Source of the DNA: Bacteroidota bacterium
GTDB lineage: Bacteria; Bacteroidota; Bacteroidia; AKYH767-A; OLB10
Assembly (NCBI GenBank): GCA_016713525.1
Contig: JADJOZ010000033.1
Coordinates: forward strand, 255,007-319,006
Length of the DNA stretch: 64,000 nt
Reading direction: 5' to 3'
A program made the translations under genes and the position numbers. Each line of letters begins with the position of its first letter. Position 1 is the stretch's first letter. The notes under the pieces are model-generated. The model ran no database searches. It had not been told where the DNA came from and saw only the letters and a program-made list of their open reading frames with translations. Of the stretch, positions 1-7,653 are shown piece after piece.

Positions 1-230
1 AAATAAGTTTGCATAATAGTCAATTAAGCAGATTGCTACACAATAAGGAAGAGCCTAATAAAAATATTCTGATCAGATTAGAAATTCATTCAAATAAGTC
101 CATCCCGGCTATAACTTGGTTTAAGATTTTAGAAAAGCAAAGAGAGGTTGAACTAATTAATGATACAAAACTTAGAGAATCGGAAAAAGCGTTTGTAAAA
201 AGAACTGTGCAACTTGTTCCCAAACGATAA
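1..230 (+). CDS. XRE/HigA-like helix-turn-helix protein, 3' part (5' end lies outside the window)
   Basis: The frame is open from base 3 to TAA at 228-230. '..SLHNSQLSRLLHNKEEPNKNILIRLEIHSNKSIPAITWF' resembles the helix-turn-helix core of HTH_3/antitoxin-type regulators. Confidence 0.45.
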   Translation, partial: ISLHNSQLSRLLHNKEEPNKNILIRLEIHSNKSIPAITWFKILEKQREVELINDTKLRESEKAFVKRTVQLVPKR

Positions 231-322
231 TAGTTGTTTAAAATTATCCCGGTCTATTCGTCGACATTTTTCAACAATTCCCCAAAGCCAAATGCCCAAG
301 AAAAATACTCTATTGAATATTT

Positions 323-350
323 TACATTGGACATTCTACATTTTACATTC
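323..350. repeat. Four tandem 7-bp units (TACATTG GACATTC TACATTT TACATTC), followed by a G7 run at 356-362
   Basis: Read directly from the sequence. There is strict 7-bp periodicity in an intergenic region downstream of the HTH gene, and a further TACAT at 365-369. Confidence 0.7.
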
Positions 351-422
351 CCGAAGGGGGGGCCTACATGAACCCATAATTCACTATTTTATGTAATTGA
401 TATACAATGTTTTGTGTGTCGA

Positions 423-456
423 ATCGTATGTAAATACTAATCTATCGTATGCAAAT
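423..456 (+). promoter_or_regulatory. Pair of direct 13-mers, ATCGTATGTAAAT (423-435) and ATCGTATGCAAAT (444-456), spaced 21 bp start to start
   Basis: Seen directly. The same 13-mer pair recurs at 2131-2163 on the other side of gene 500..2047. Function is unknown; a protein-binding site is a candidate. Confidence 0.4.
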
Positions 457-499
457 AAAACTTCTGAGAGGATGATTATTTTATATGCTGAAAGGCTAT

Positions 500-2047
500 T
501 CAATCTTTCACCACAACTAACTTTATATTAATTGTGTGATTCATTGAACTCATCCTGCAGTTGTAAATTCCCGATGCAATTTCATTTGGCAATTGTATGT
601 CTTGATACGAACTCCATTGTGGCAAATGGAGGTGATAAATTAATTTACCATTCAAATCGTATACTTCCAAACGACCATTTTTATTTTGAGGTAAAAAGTA
701 ACTTATAATAAAATTTCCATTGTTTGGGTTTGGTGATAACGAAAACATAAAATTGTGATCAATTTCATTAATTGAAGTTAAGCTATCACAAATACTTCCT
801 GTTACTGCTCCTAAATTATAATTCGCTGCATTGGGCATCATAAAAGTGTTAAGCGCATCCAACTGTACCTGTTCGTGCACTACATCACATGCAACACCTT
901 GCAAATCTGGTTCATTAATGACGTGCAGAAAATCGGCACTAAACCAGTTCGTCACATAAATCTTCCCATCCGGTGCCAGCAAATGGTGATAATAGGTTCT
1001 GTGAGGGAGTTGCGTGGTATCCCATGTTGAAACAATGCTCCGGGTAGCATTAATGTTTGTATCCCAAGTATCATACTGGTAAATGTTTTTATTGGTACTT
1101 ACATATAACCATCTTCCGCTTGGCGAAAAACTACACCCGCTTGACAGTAAAACAGTATCTGGAATTTCAATTTCCCGATGGTTGCTTAGCAATCCGGAAC
1201 AACGATCAAAATCAAATAAGTCAACAACATTTTCCAACGTCTGTTTATTTACCGTTAATCCGATCACAAATTGATCACCCTGGGGACTAAAGCAGGATTG
1301 CATTACTAAGCGTTCAAAAAGATGAAATCTACCTATATTTTGAGTATAAGGACCTAAAATTCCAGTAGGAGTTACCAGAATGGAATAATATTCATCATCA
1401 TTATAATGATGCACTAAGATCCACCAGTCTCGGCCATTTGCATGTTTAACTCCGGTTATGCGTCCATAAACAAGTGTATCATTTATAGCATTGACGTTTT
1501 TGGTGCCTACGACTATACCCCCAAGACCTCCATCAAGACTCATATCAATTAAACTATATGATAGATTTATTGGAGAAGTCCCTGTTACAGAATCCAGAAC
1601 AACGATTTCTGCAGATTCATAAAATAGTAAATATTGTCCACTATTCCCCGGCTTTGGTATTACGAATGCTCCTTGTGGGATGCCCATACCATATGGTTCA
1701 TAATAATTGGTTGCCCACCCTGGATTAATGCCTGAAGTATTAAATAATGAATCGTGGTTGCGGTTGTATATTACATGACCGTTTGTGTAAAATAACAGTT
1801 GACCTGATGTGTCACATATACTTGCATTAGTTAAGAAAAATGCCAAACCTGAGGATTGAAGATTTGATATAGGACTTATTGTATTAAAATCTAATAATGA
1901 ATGATCAGTTGGAAATTCCCAACCGATCATCCATTGATTATTTTCTTTTTGAGCAGACACTTGTTTGGAGAGCGAAGTAAAAATTAAAAAGCAAGCCAGA
2001 ACCGTGCTTAGAAGAAGACGATCATTAAACCATTTACAAACTACCAT
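500..2047 (-). CDS. T9SS-sorted secreted protein (repeat/beta-propeller-like body, function unknown)
   Basis: 515-aa ORF with an N-terminal signal peptide (..FTSLSKQVSAQ). The C-terminal Por/T9SS type-A tail is 'FSLSPNPNNGNFIISYFL...SGIYNCRM...IKLVVVKD'. Confidence 0.85.
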   Translation of the reverse strand: MVVCKWFNDRLLLSTVLACFLIFTSLSKQVSAQKENNQWMIGWEFPTDHSLLDFNTISPISNLQSSGLAFFLTNASICDTSGQLLFYTNGHVIYNRNHDSLFNTSGINPGWATNYYEPYGMGIPQGAFVIPKPGNSGQYLLFYESAEIVVLDSVTGTSPINLSYSLIDMSLDGGLGGIVVGTKNVNAINDTLVYGRITGVKHANGRDWWILVHHYNDDEYYSILVTPTGILGPYTQNIGRFHLFERLVMQSCFSPQGDQFVIGLTVNKQTLENVVDLFDFDRCSGLLSNHREIEIPDTVLLSSGCSFSPSGRWLYVSTNKNIYQYDTWDTNINATRSIVSTWDTTQLPHRTYYHHLLAPDGKIYVTNWFSADFLHVINEPDLQGVACDVVHEQVQLDALNTFMMPNAANYNLGAVTGSICDSLTSINEIDHNFMFSLSPNPNNGNFIISYFLPQNKNGRLEVYDLNGKLIYHLHLPQWSSYQDIQLPNEIASGIYNCRMSSMNHTINIKLVVVKD

Positions 2048-2130
2048 GATTTTTGCGTAAATATTTTAACCCACTTCGGCATTTATTTGAATAAAAAATC
2101 ATTTAGTTTTAGTATGAACACAAGATAATC

Positions 2131-2163
2131 ATCGTATGCAAATTCACCAAATCGAATGCAAAT
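2131..2163 (+). promoter_or_regulatory. Second pair of direct 13-mers, ATCGTATGCAAAT (2131-2143) and ATCGAATGCAAAT (2151-2163), spaced 20 bp
   Basis: Seen directly. The pair lies 84-116 bp upstream of the start codon (2047) of the minus-strand T9SS gene. Confidence 0.4.
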
Positions 2164-2337
2164 AGGTTCAAAAATATAAACCTCTGCAAGTCACGTGCTG
2201 CAAGAGTTTCAGAAGCTATTTCGATGGCATTAAAATTTTATTTAACCAACCTATCCTGAAGCAGAGTTTTGCAAATTTTCCGCTAGCGCATCGAATTTCC
2301 AAAACACGCTTCAGGATCAGGCCCACCCTGAAGCGTG

Positions 2338-2368
2338 AAATGCCGCACCCTTAAAAGGTGCGGCATTT
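2338..2368 (-). terminator. 12-bp perfect-stem hairpin just 3' of the tRNA (putative terminator or processing hairpin)
   Basis: AAATGCCGCACC (2338-2349) pairs with GGTGCGGCATTT (2357-2368) around a 7-nt loop. It is nested inside a longer inverted repeat (2320-2334 / 2373-2388). Confidence 0.45.
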
Positions 2369-2382
2369 CTCTGCTTCAGGGG

Positions 2383-2456
2383 TGGGCCTACTTGGGCTCG
2401 AACCAAGGACCCACAGATTATGAGTCTGTTGCTCTAACCAACTGAGCTATAGGCCC
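2383..2456 (-). tRNA. tRNA with anticodon CAU (elongator Met, or Ile2 if lysidine-modified)
   Basis: The reverse complement folds by hand into a 74-nt cloverleaf. Acceptor GGGCCTA/TAGGCCC, D stem GCTC/GAGC, anticodon stem ACAGA/TCTGT with loop CTCATAA, T stem CTTGG/CCAAG with loop TTCGAGC, discriminator A. No CCA is encoded. Confidence 0.9.
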
Positions 2457-2561
2457 CAACTATTTTCAGATACTTAAATTCTGAGGTGCGAAATTAGGGT
2501 TATTGCGGGTATTATCCAAATTCGGGAATATAGAATTTACCGGGTAGCAGAGAGTTCATTA

Positions 2562-2589
2562 AAAAAGGCCACCCGAAAGCAGCCTTTTT
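2562..2589 (-). terminator. Putative intrinsic terminator of the SRPBCC gene
   Basis: AAAAAGGC (2562-2569) pairs with GCCTTTTT (2582-2589) around a 12-nt loop, 20 bp beyond the stop at 2609. Confidence 0.4.
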
Positions 2590-2608
2590 AACGCTATATT
2601 TTTATTAA

Positions 2609-3031
2609 TTACCTGATAAAGTAATCATTAAGGGGCTCAAACACATAATCAATCCACCCATCATAATGCTTATCAGCCTCTTCCTGAGAAGGAAATCCTG
2701 TATGGTCAAGCTGTATTTCACTGCCGGCAGAATTGGGTTTTATTTGCCAGGTAACTACTGAATGAGCCGTTTTTTTGTCCCATTCTCCCGGTTTCCAGGT
2801 GTATGAAAGAACTTTTTTCTTTGGATCAAATACTACCACTTTACCTTTTACCCAGCCATCGAATAGTTCAAAGTTGCCATCAACTTTTGGCTCCATTTTG
2901 CCTCCTCCGTCACACCACTCACTAATCAGTGATTCTTTGGTAAGAGTCTCAAACAACTTTTCCGGTGAAGCATAAAGGATGTACTTCATCGATAAAGCAA
3001 ACGTTTTTCGTTGCGTTGCAGCAGCAGACAT
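2609..3031 (-). CDS. SRPBCC-superfamily protein (AHSA1 / activator of Hsp90 ATPase homologue-like)
   Basis: 140 aa. 'ASPEKLFETLTKESLISEWCDGGG..VDGNFELFDGWVKGKV..' and '..LDHTGFPSQEEADKHYDGWIDYVFEPL' match the AHSA1/START-like pattern. Confidence 0.65.
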   Translation of the reverse strand: MSAAATQRKTFALSMKYILYASPEKLFETLTKESLISEWCDGGGKMEPKVDGNFELFDGWVKGKVVVFDPKKKVLSYTWKPGEWDKKTAHSVVTWQIKPNSAGSEIQLDHTGFPSQEEADKHYDGWIDYVFEPLNDYFIR

Positions 3032-3041
3032 GAACTTGAAA

Positions 3042-5129
3042 TTATTTAGTGATTACAACTTTCTGAGTCAGGTCATTACCATCGGCAACGAATCTTACGA
3101 AGTAAAGTCCGCTGTTCAAACTTTCACCGAAAGTATAATTGTGCTGTCCAGACTGCAATTTGTTGTTCTCAATTGTTTGTACAACTCTTCCTGCAATATC
3201 GGTAACTTCAATAGTCATTTCAGCACTTTCTGCCAAACTGAAATTGATATTCGTTAAGCCTGCAGATGGATTCGGGAACACTGCAACAGTTGCAAGGAAT
3301 TCCACATCCTGAATGCCTACATTCGATACACCGGTGACATTGATATCATCGATATAGATATTGTTTCCTGTGTTTTGAGTATATTCAAATTTAAATCTCA
3401 CACTTGGTTTGTTATTGTATGAAACGCTGTTCAGGTTTACTGTTTCAAGTCTCCACTGTGAAGGACCATTTGGAGTGAATGCTGCAGATAATATTCCTGC
3501 AGTCGATAAAGTTAATCCTGTTTTGGTATAACGGATATTCCAGTTTTGTCCACAGTTGCTGGAAGCATAAACTTTCAACTGATCTGTTGAAGCACTGCTG
3601 CGTGCAGCGAAGGCTAATTGGAAAGTCATTCCACCATTAACAATATTGCTGAAGTTATATCCAGGAGTTACAAATGCATCAACGGTTCCATTCGGATTTC
3701 CGGAATGATTTACCAGACGCATAGAATTTGCCCCACTCACAGCAGCAGCAGTTGCTAAACTCCAGGAGTTACCAGTGGCATTCTCAATCATCCAGTCACT
3801 TCCAGATGGAATAGGTCCTGTATTTTCAAAGTCTTCAACAAATGGAACAGCTTGTGCTCCAACAGCACCACTTACAACTATAATCTGAGAGCGGGTAACA
3901 GAGCTACTTCCACCAGCATTAGAAACGGTAAGAGTAACATCATAAACACCTGGAGTATTGTAGGTAATTACCGGATTTTGATCTGGTGATGTTGACGGAC
4001 TTCCACCTGGGAAATCCCATGCCCAATTTGTTGGTGCAGCTTTCCACGACATATCAGTAAATGTTAATGTTGTTCCTGTGCAGATATATTTAATAGCAGT
4101 TCCAAAATCAGCCTGAGGTGCACAAGCGCCACCAACAAATCCATCGTTGGTTCCGGTAGCAATTAAATTTGCAAGTGTAGGTAAATTGTTTCGGTCGCTG
4201 GCATTATTGTTTAGTGCTCCATGCATTCTTGCCTTTTGTCCCTCAGTAAACATGTAGTGACAGCTGGCGTAGTCCATATAATTTTGAACGTTATCTAACG
4301 TACCACAAGTTACTTGTGTAAGATCACAGGAGAAATTCGCAACACCAATTGTGTTTGGTGTATCTGTTACAAAATCATCATCAGAACAATTTTGTGGAAG
4401 GCCCGGGTTATTGGTTCCGCCCCAGGTGTGAGGAAGATTCAGGTAATGGCCAACTTCATGTGTCAGTGAGCGTGCTGAATAATTGGAGCCATTGCTGGTA
4501 CCAATGCTTCCAACATAATCGGAACGGATAACAACTCCATCAATACCACCTGAAATACCAGGGAAGTAAGCATATCCTGCTGCACCACTTGCGATATTTG
4601 CAACTACCCAAATATTGAAATAATTTTCATTTGGCCATCCTATCAAAGCTTTAACTCCATCATCAGCATCATAAGTTTGAGATGATACAGTGCGTGTAAT
4701 TCCGTCAGTACAATTTCCATTAGGATCTAACTGCGCCAAACGAAACTGAACCTGAACATCGGCAATAATAGATTGGAATGCAGGTGCAATTATTACACTG
4801 TCGGCATACAATTTCTGAAAGCTTTTATTCAGGATATCAACGGCATCTTCAATTTGAGCTTTAGAAATATTTTCCGAACCATAGTTATGAATTACATGGA
4901 ATACTACCGGAATTGTGTACAAAATAGTGCCGGAAGTTTTCTGATTTCCCTGCTGTTGAATGAATTGCAGTGTTTGCTGTTGCAATTGTGCCATTCTTTG
5001 CTCGTAACCCGGATCCTGTAATTTGGCTTTTTTAACCATTTCGTCAGTATCGCATGGTCGATATTGTTGTGCATTGACTGTAGTGAATGCAGCTGTGAGA
5101 AGGAATACTGCAAGTAGTAGTTTTTTCAT
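3042..5129 (-). CDS. Secreted zinc metalloprotease, peptidase M43 (pappalysin/cytophagalysin-like), with PKD domain, MAM/choice-of-anchor-like domain and T9SS tail
   Basis: 695 aa with a signal peptide. The zinc site is 'HEVGHYLNLPHTW'. The PKD segment is 'WAWDFPGGSPSTSPDQNPVITYNTPGVYDVTLTVSNAGG'. The T9SS tail is 'VAVFPNPSAGLTNINF..GLYFVRFVADGNDLTQKVVITK'. Confidence 0.85.
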   Translation of the reverse strand: MKKLLLAVFLLTAAFTTVNAQQYRPCDTDEMVKKAKLQDPGYEQRMAQLQQQTLQFIQQQGNQKTSGTILYTIPVVFHVIHNYGSENISKAQIEDAVDILNKSFQKLYADSVIIAPAFQSIIADVQVQFRLAQLDPNGNCTDGITRTVSSQTYDADDGVKALIGWPNENYFNIWVVANIASGAAGYAYFPGISGGIDGVVIRSDYVGSIGTSNGSNYSARSLTHEVGHYLNLPHTWGGTNNPGLPQNCSDDDFVTDTPNTIGVANFSCDLTQVTCGTLDNVQNYMDYASCHYMFTEGQKARMHGALNNNASDRNNLPTLANLIATGTNDGFVGGACAPQADFGTAIKYICTGTTLTFTDMSWKAAPTNWAWDFPGGSPSTSPDQNPVITYNTPGVYDVTLTVSNAGGSSSVTRSQIIVVSGAVGAQAVPFVEDFENTGPIPSGSDWMIENATGNSWSLATAAAVSGANSMRLVNHSGNPNGTVDAFVTPGYNFSNIVNGGMTFQLAFAARSSASTDQLKVYASSNCGQNWNIRYTKTGLTLSTAGILSAAFTPNGPSQWRLETVNLNSVSYNNKPSVRFKFEYTQNTGNNIYIDDINVTGVSNVGIQDVEFLATVAVFPNPSAGLTNINFSLAESAEMTIEVTDIAGRVVQTIENNKLQSGQHNYTFGESLNSGLYFVRFVADGNDLTQKVVITK

Positions 5130-5170
5130 TTTCGAAGTTATGATTTTTTTAAATTTCAGCTTTACTAAAT

Positions 5171-5211
5171 AATAACTGCCGGCAATTCAAAGTTGTTCAC
5201 CGGCAGTTATT
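5171..5211 (-). terminator. Hairpin terminator between the two M43 genes
   Basis: Perfect 12-bp stem: AATAACTGCCGG (5171-5182) pairs with CCGGCAGTTATT (5200-5211). It lies directly after the stop of gene 5218..7326. Confidence 0.6.
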
Positions 5212-5217
5212 GATTTA

Positions 5218-7326
5218 TTATTTGTTTATCATTATTTTTCTTGAAGTAACATATCCATCAGCATTCAAACGAACACTATACAATCCCGCAGCTAATCCTG
5301 AAGGCAATTCAAATTGATATTCGCCTGCTTCCAATGTAGTTTCAGCAATTTCATTTACCAAACGACCCATTACATCCAATACATCAATTCGTACTGTCTG
5401 GCGGGTTGTTAATGTGAAATCAAGAGTAGCAACGGACATGGAAGGGTTAGGATAAACACTGAAGCTTAATGCTTCTTCCAAAACTTCATTGATACCTACT
5501 GTGCCATCTAAGTTTATATCATCAATAAAGATATTGTTTCCTGTATTTTGCAGATATTCAAATTTGAAACGAACATTTGGTTTATTGTTATATGATGAAC
5601 TTGCAATGTTTACTGTTTCCTGACGCCATTGTGAAGCATTTGGAGTGAAGTTAGAAGCAAGTACACCTGCAGTTGATAATGTTGTACCTGATTTGTTATA
5701 ACGAATCGCCCAAAGCTGACCGCAGGAAGTTGAAGCATAAACTTTCAATTGATCGGTGCTTGCGGTAGAACGAGCTGCAAAGGCCAGCCAGAATGTTAAA
5801 TTGGCTTGAGTAACATTTAACAGATTATAGGTAGGTGTAAAGAAAATATCAGAGGTATTCGTAGTATTTCCTGTATAGTTGTTAATGTAAACAGAATTAG
5901 AACCGGTATGACTTGCCAGTGTGGTTTGTGTCCATGTATTTCCACCTCCATTGGTAATTGGCCATTCTGTTCCGGGGAAGGTGATGCTTTCAAATCCTTC
6001 AGCATATGGAACAGCATTCGCACCAAGCGCAGGGACAACAGTTACATTTCCCGTTAATGTTTTCGAATCGGTACCGGCAGAGTTGGTAACGGTAAGTGTT
6101 ACATCATAAACTCCGGCAGTATTATATTGAATGGCCGGATTCTGAACAGTTGAAGAAGCCGGAGTTCCCCCGGGGAAATCCCACTGCCATGATGTTGGAT
6201 CGCCATTCCAGGAACCATCGGCAAAAGTGATTGTAGTACCTTCACAAACAATGTTGATGTTATTTGTAAAATCAGCTACCGGGACACAAACTGCACCCGG
6301 AGTACCAGTAGTACCTGTAGCGATTAGGTTCGCTGATGACCATAAATTATTTCTGCCACTTGTGCTTGAATTTAATGTTGCATTCATACGTGCACATTGT
6401 CCGATTGAGAAAATATTCTGACAATTTCCATTGGTATAATCCATATAGTTGGTGTACATATCGCCATTTGGTCCATTGCTGCAGGTAATGTGTGGGAATG
6501 CGGGACAGTTACTTTGATTTGCTGCTTGTTGTGTAGGTGTATCAGTAACGAAATCATTTCCGCAAACGGCATCACCCCAAATGTGTCTTAGATTCAGCCA
6601 GTGACCAATTTCATGTGTAGCTGTTCTGCCGAAATTTCCTGAACTTGCTGCTGTTCCTATTGAACCTGTAAAATCATTTTTAAGAACAATTCCATCTGTC
6701 AATGCAGAACCTGTTCCCGGGAACTGTGCAAAACCAACTACGATTCCTGCTCCTCCACTGGTATTTTCAATAGATTTTACAACCCAAACATTCAGATATT
6801 TGTCACGTGGCCAATAGCTCAAAGCTTTAACGTTATCACGTGCGTTGTTAGTCAACGTACTGAAAACTCTAACTACACCATCGGTACAATTCCCCTGAGG
6901 GTCGAGTGTTGCGATACGGAATTCAACTTCACAGTCGCCACCTAAAGATTGGAAGGCAGAAGGTGTGTTAGTTGTGTCTGCATTTAACCGGCGGAAATCT
7001 TGGTTCAATGTTTCAAGTTGATTCAGACACTGAGCTCTGGAAATATTTTCAGCACCACCCTCATGTATAACGTGAAACACTACAGGAATTACTTTGACAA
7101 CTCCGGCACTCTTGTTTGCGTTCCCTTGCTTTGAAGCTATATATTGATTAACAAACTTATGCGTTTCAATTTCGAGTTGCTGCTCCTGCTTCAGATACTC
7201 CGGATTTTCTTTGATATACTGCCGATAATAATGATCGGTCAGGCACTTGTCATGATGCTGGTGTTCGGTTTGAGCAAACATTCCAAATGGTAGTATCATC
7301 AGAAGCATCGTGTAAAGCTTTTTCAT
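5218..7326 (-). CDS. Secreted zinc metalloprotease, peptidase M43, paralogue of 3042..5129 (same PKD, MAM-like and T9SS-tail architecture)
   Basis: 702 aa with a signal peptide. The zinc site is 'HEIGHWLNLRHIW' and the PKD segment is 'WQWDFPGGTPASSTVQNPAIQYNTAGVYDVTLTVTNSAG'. It shares runs with its neighbour ('STDQLKVYAS', 'YNNKPxVRFKFEYxQNTGNNI'). The T9SS tail is 'FSVYPNPS..GLYSVRLNADGYVTSRKIMINK'. Confidence 0.85.
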   Translation of the reverse strand: MKKLYTMLLMILPFGMFAQTEHQHHDKCLTDHYYRQYIKENPEYLKQEQQLEIETHKFVNQYIASKQGNANKSAGVVKVIPVVFHVIHEGGAENISRAQCLNQLETLNQDFRRLNADTTNTPSAFQSLGGDCEVEFRIATLDPQGNCTDGVVRVFSTLTNNARDNVKALSYWPRDKYLNVWVVKSIENTSGGAGIVVGFAQFPGTGSALTDGIVLKNDFTGSIGTAASSGNFGRTATHEIGHWLNLRHIWGDAVCGNDFVTDTPTQQAANQSNCPAFPHITCSNGPNGDMYTNYMDYTNGNCQNIFSIGQCARMNATLNSSTSGRNNLWSSANLIATGTTGTPGAVCVPVADFTNNINIVCEGTTITFADGSWNGDPTSWQWDFPGGTPASSTVQNPAIQYNTAGVYDVTLTVTNSAGTDSKTLTGNVTVVPALGANAVPYAEGFESITFPGTEWPITNGGGNTWTQTTLASHTGSNSVYINNYTGNTTNTSDIFFTPTYNLLNVTQANLTFWLAFAARSTASTDQLKVYASTSCGQLWAIRYNKSGTTLSTAGVLASNFTPNASQWRQETVNIASSSYNNKPNVRFKFEYLQNTGNNIFIDDINLDGTVGINEVLEEALSFSVYPNPSMSVATLDFTLTTRQTVRIDVLDVMGRLVNEIAETTLEAGEYQFELPSGLAAGLYSVRLNADGYVTSRKIMINK

Positions 7327-7653
7327 GAGGGATATTGGTTTATAGTTAGATTATTGATTTACAACAGACTGTAGGTAGGTTTGGTTTTTATTCGATAAAA
7401 AAAGATGTCCGAACCGATCAAACATCTCATTTTACCTTCTAAGCCGCTAATTTACAGAAAAAAAAGGCTCAAAAACAAGGTCACATTGTCATGGGATGGT
7501 AAAGCTACTTAAAGCGTTAGGAAGGAAGTCTTATAGTGTTGATATTCAATAGATTGAATTTATAAAGCTAAAAAGGTATTTCATTACCGCATTTGAATTA
7601 TTCTTGGCAGTTAAAAAAGAATGCATTACATTCGTCATAAATATAAATCAACC

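Noticed and set aside
444-456. ATGCAAAT inside the 13-mer equals the eukaryotic octamer (Oct-1) motif.
   Set aside because: This is a coincidence with no biological meaning in a bacterial genome. The motif is reported only as a bacterial repeat.
1057-1290. Short ORFs lying antisense to, or out of frame within, long well-supported genes. Examples are 1057..1290, 1083..1274, 4349..4531, 4773..5021, 5817..6038, 8797..9001, 10930..11224, 25152..25445, 36355..36749, 38256..38519, 53676..53951, 54011..54262, 55222..55598 and 59426..59976.
   Set aside because: They sit fully inside ORFs that have clear domain signatures on the other strand or frame. Their translations are low-complexity, Cys/His/Ile-rich nonsense with no motifs. 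They are typical shadow ORFs.
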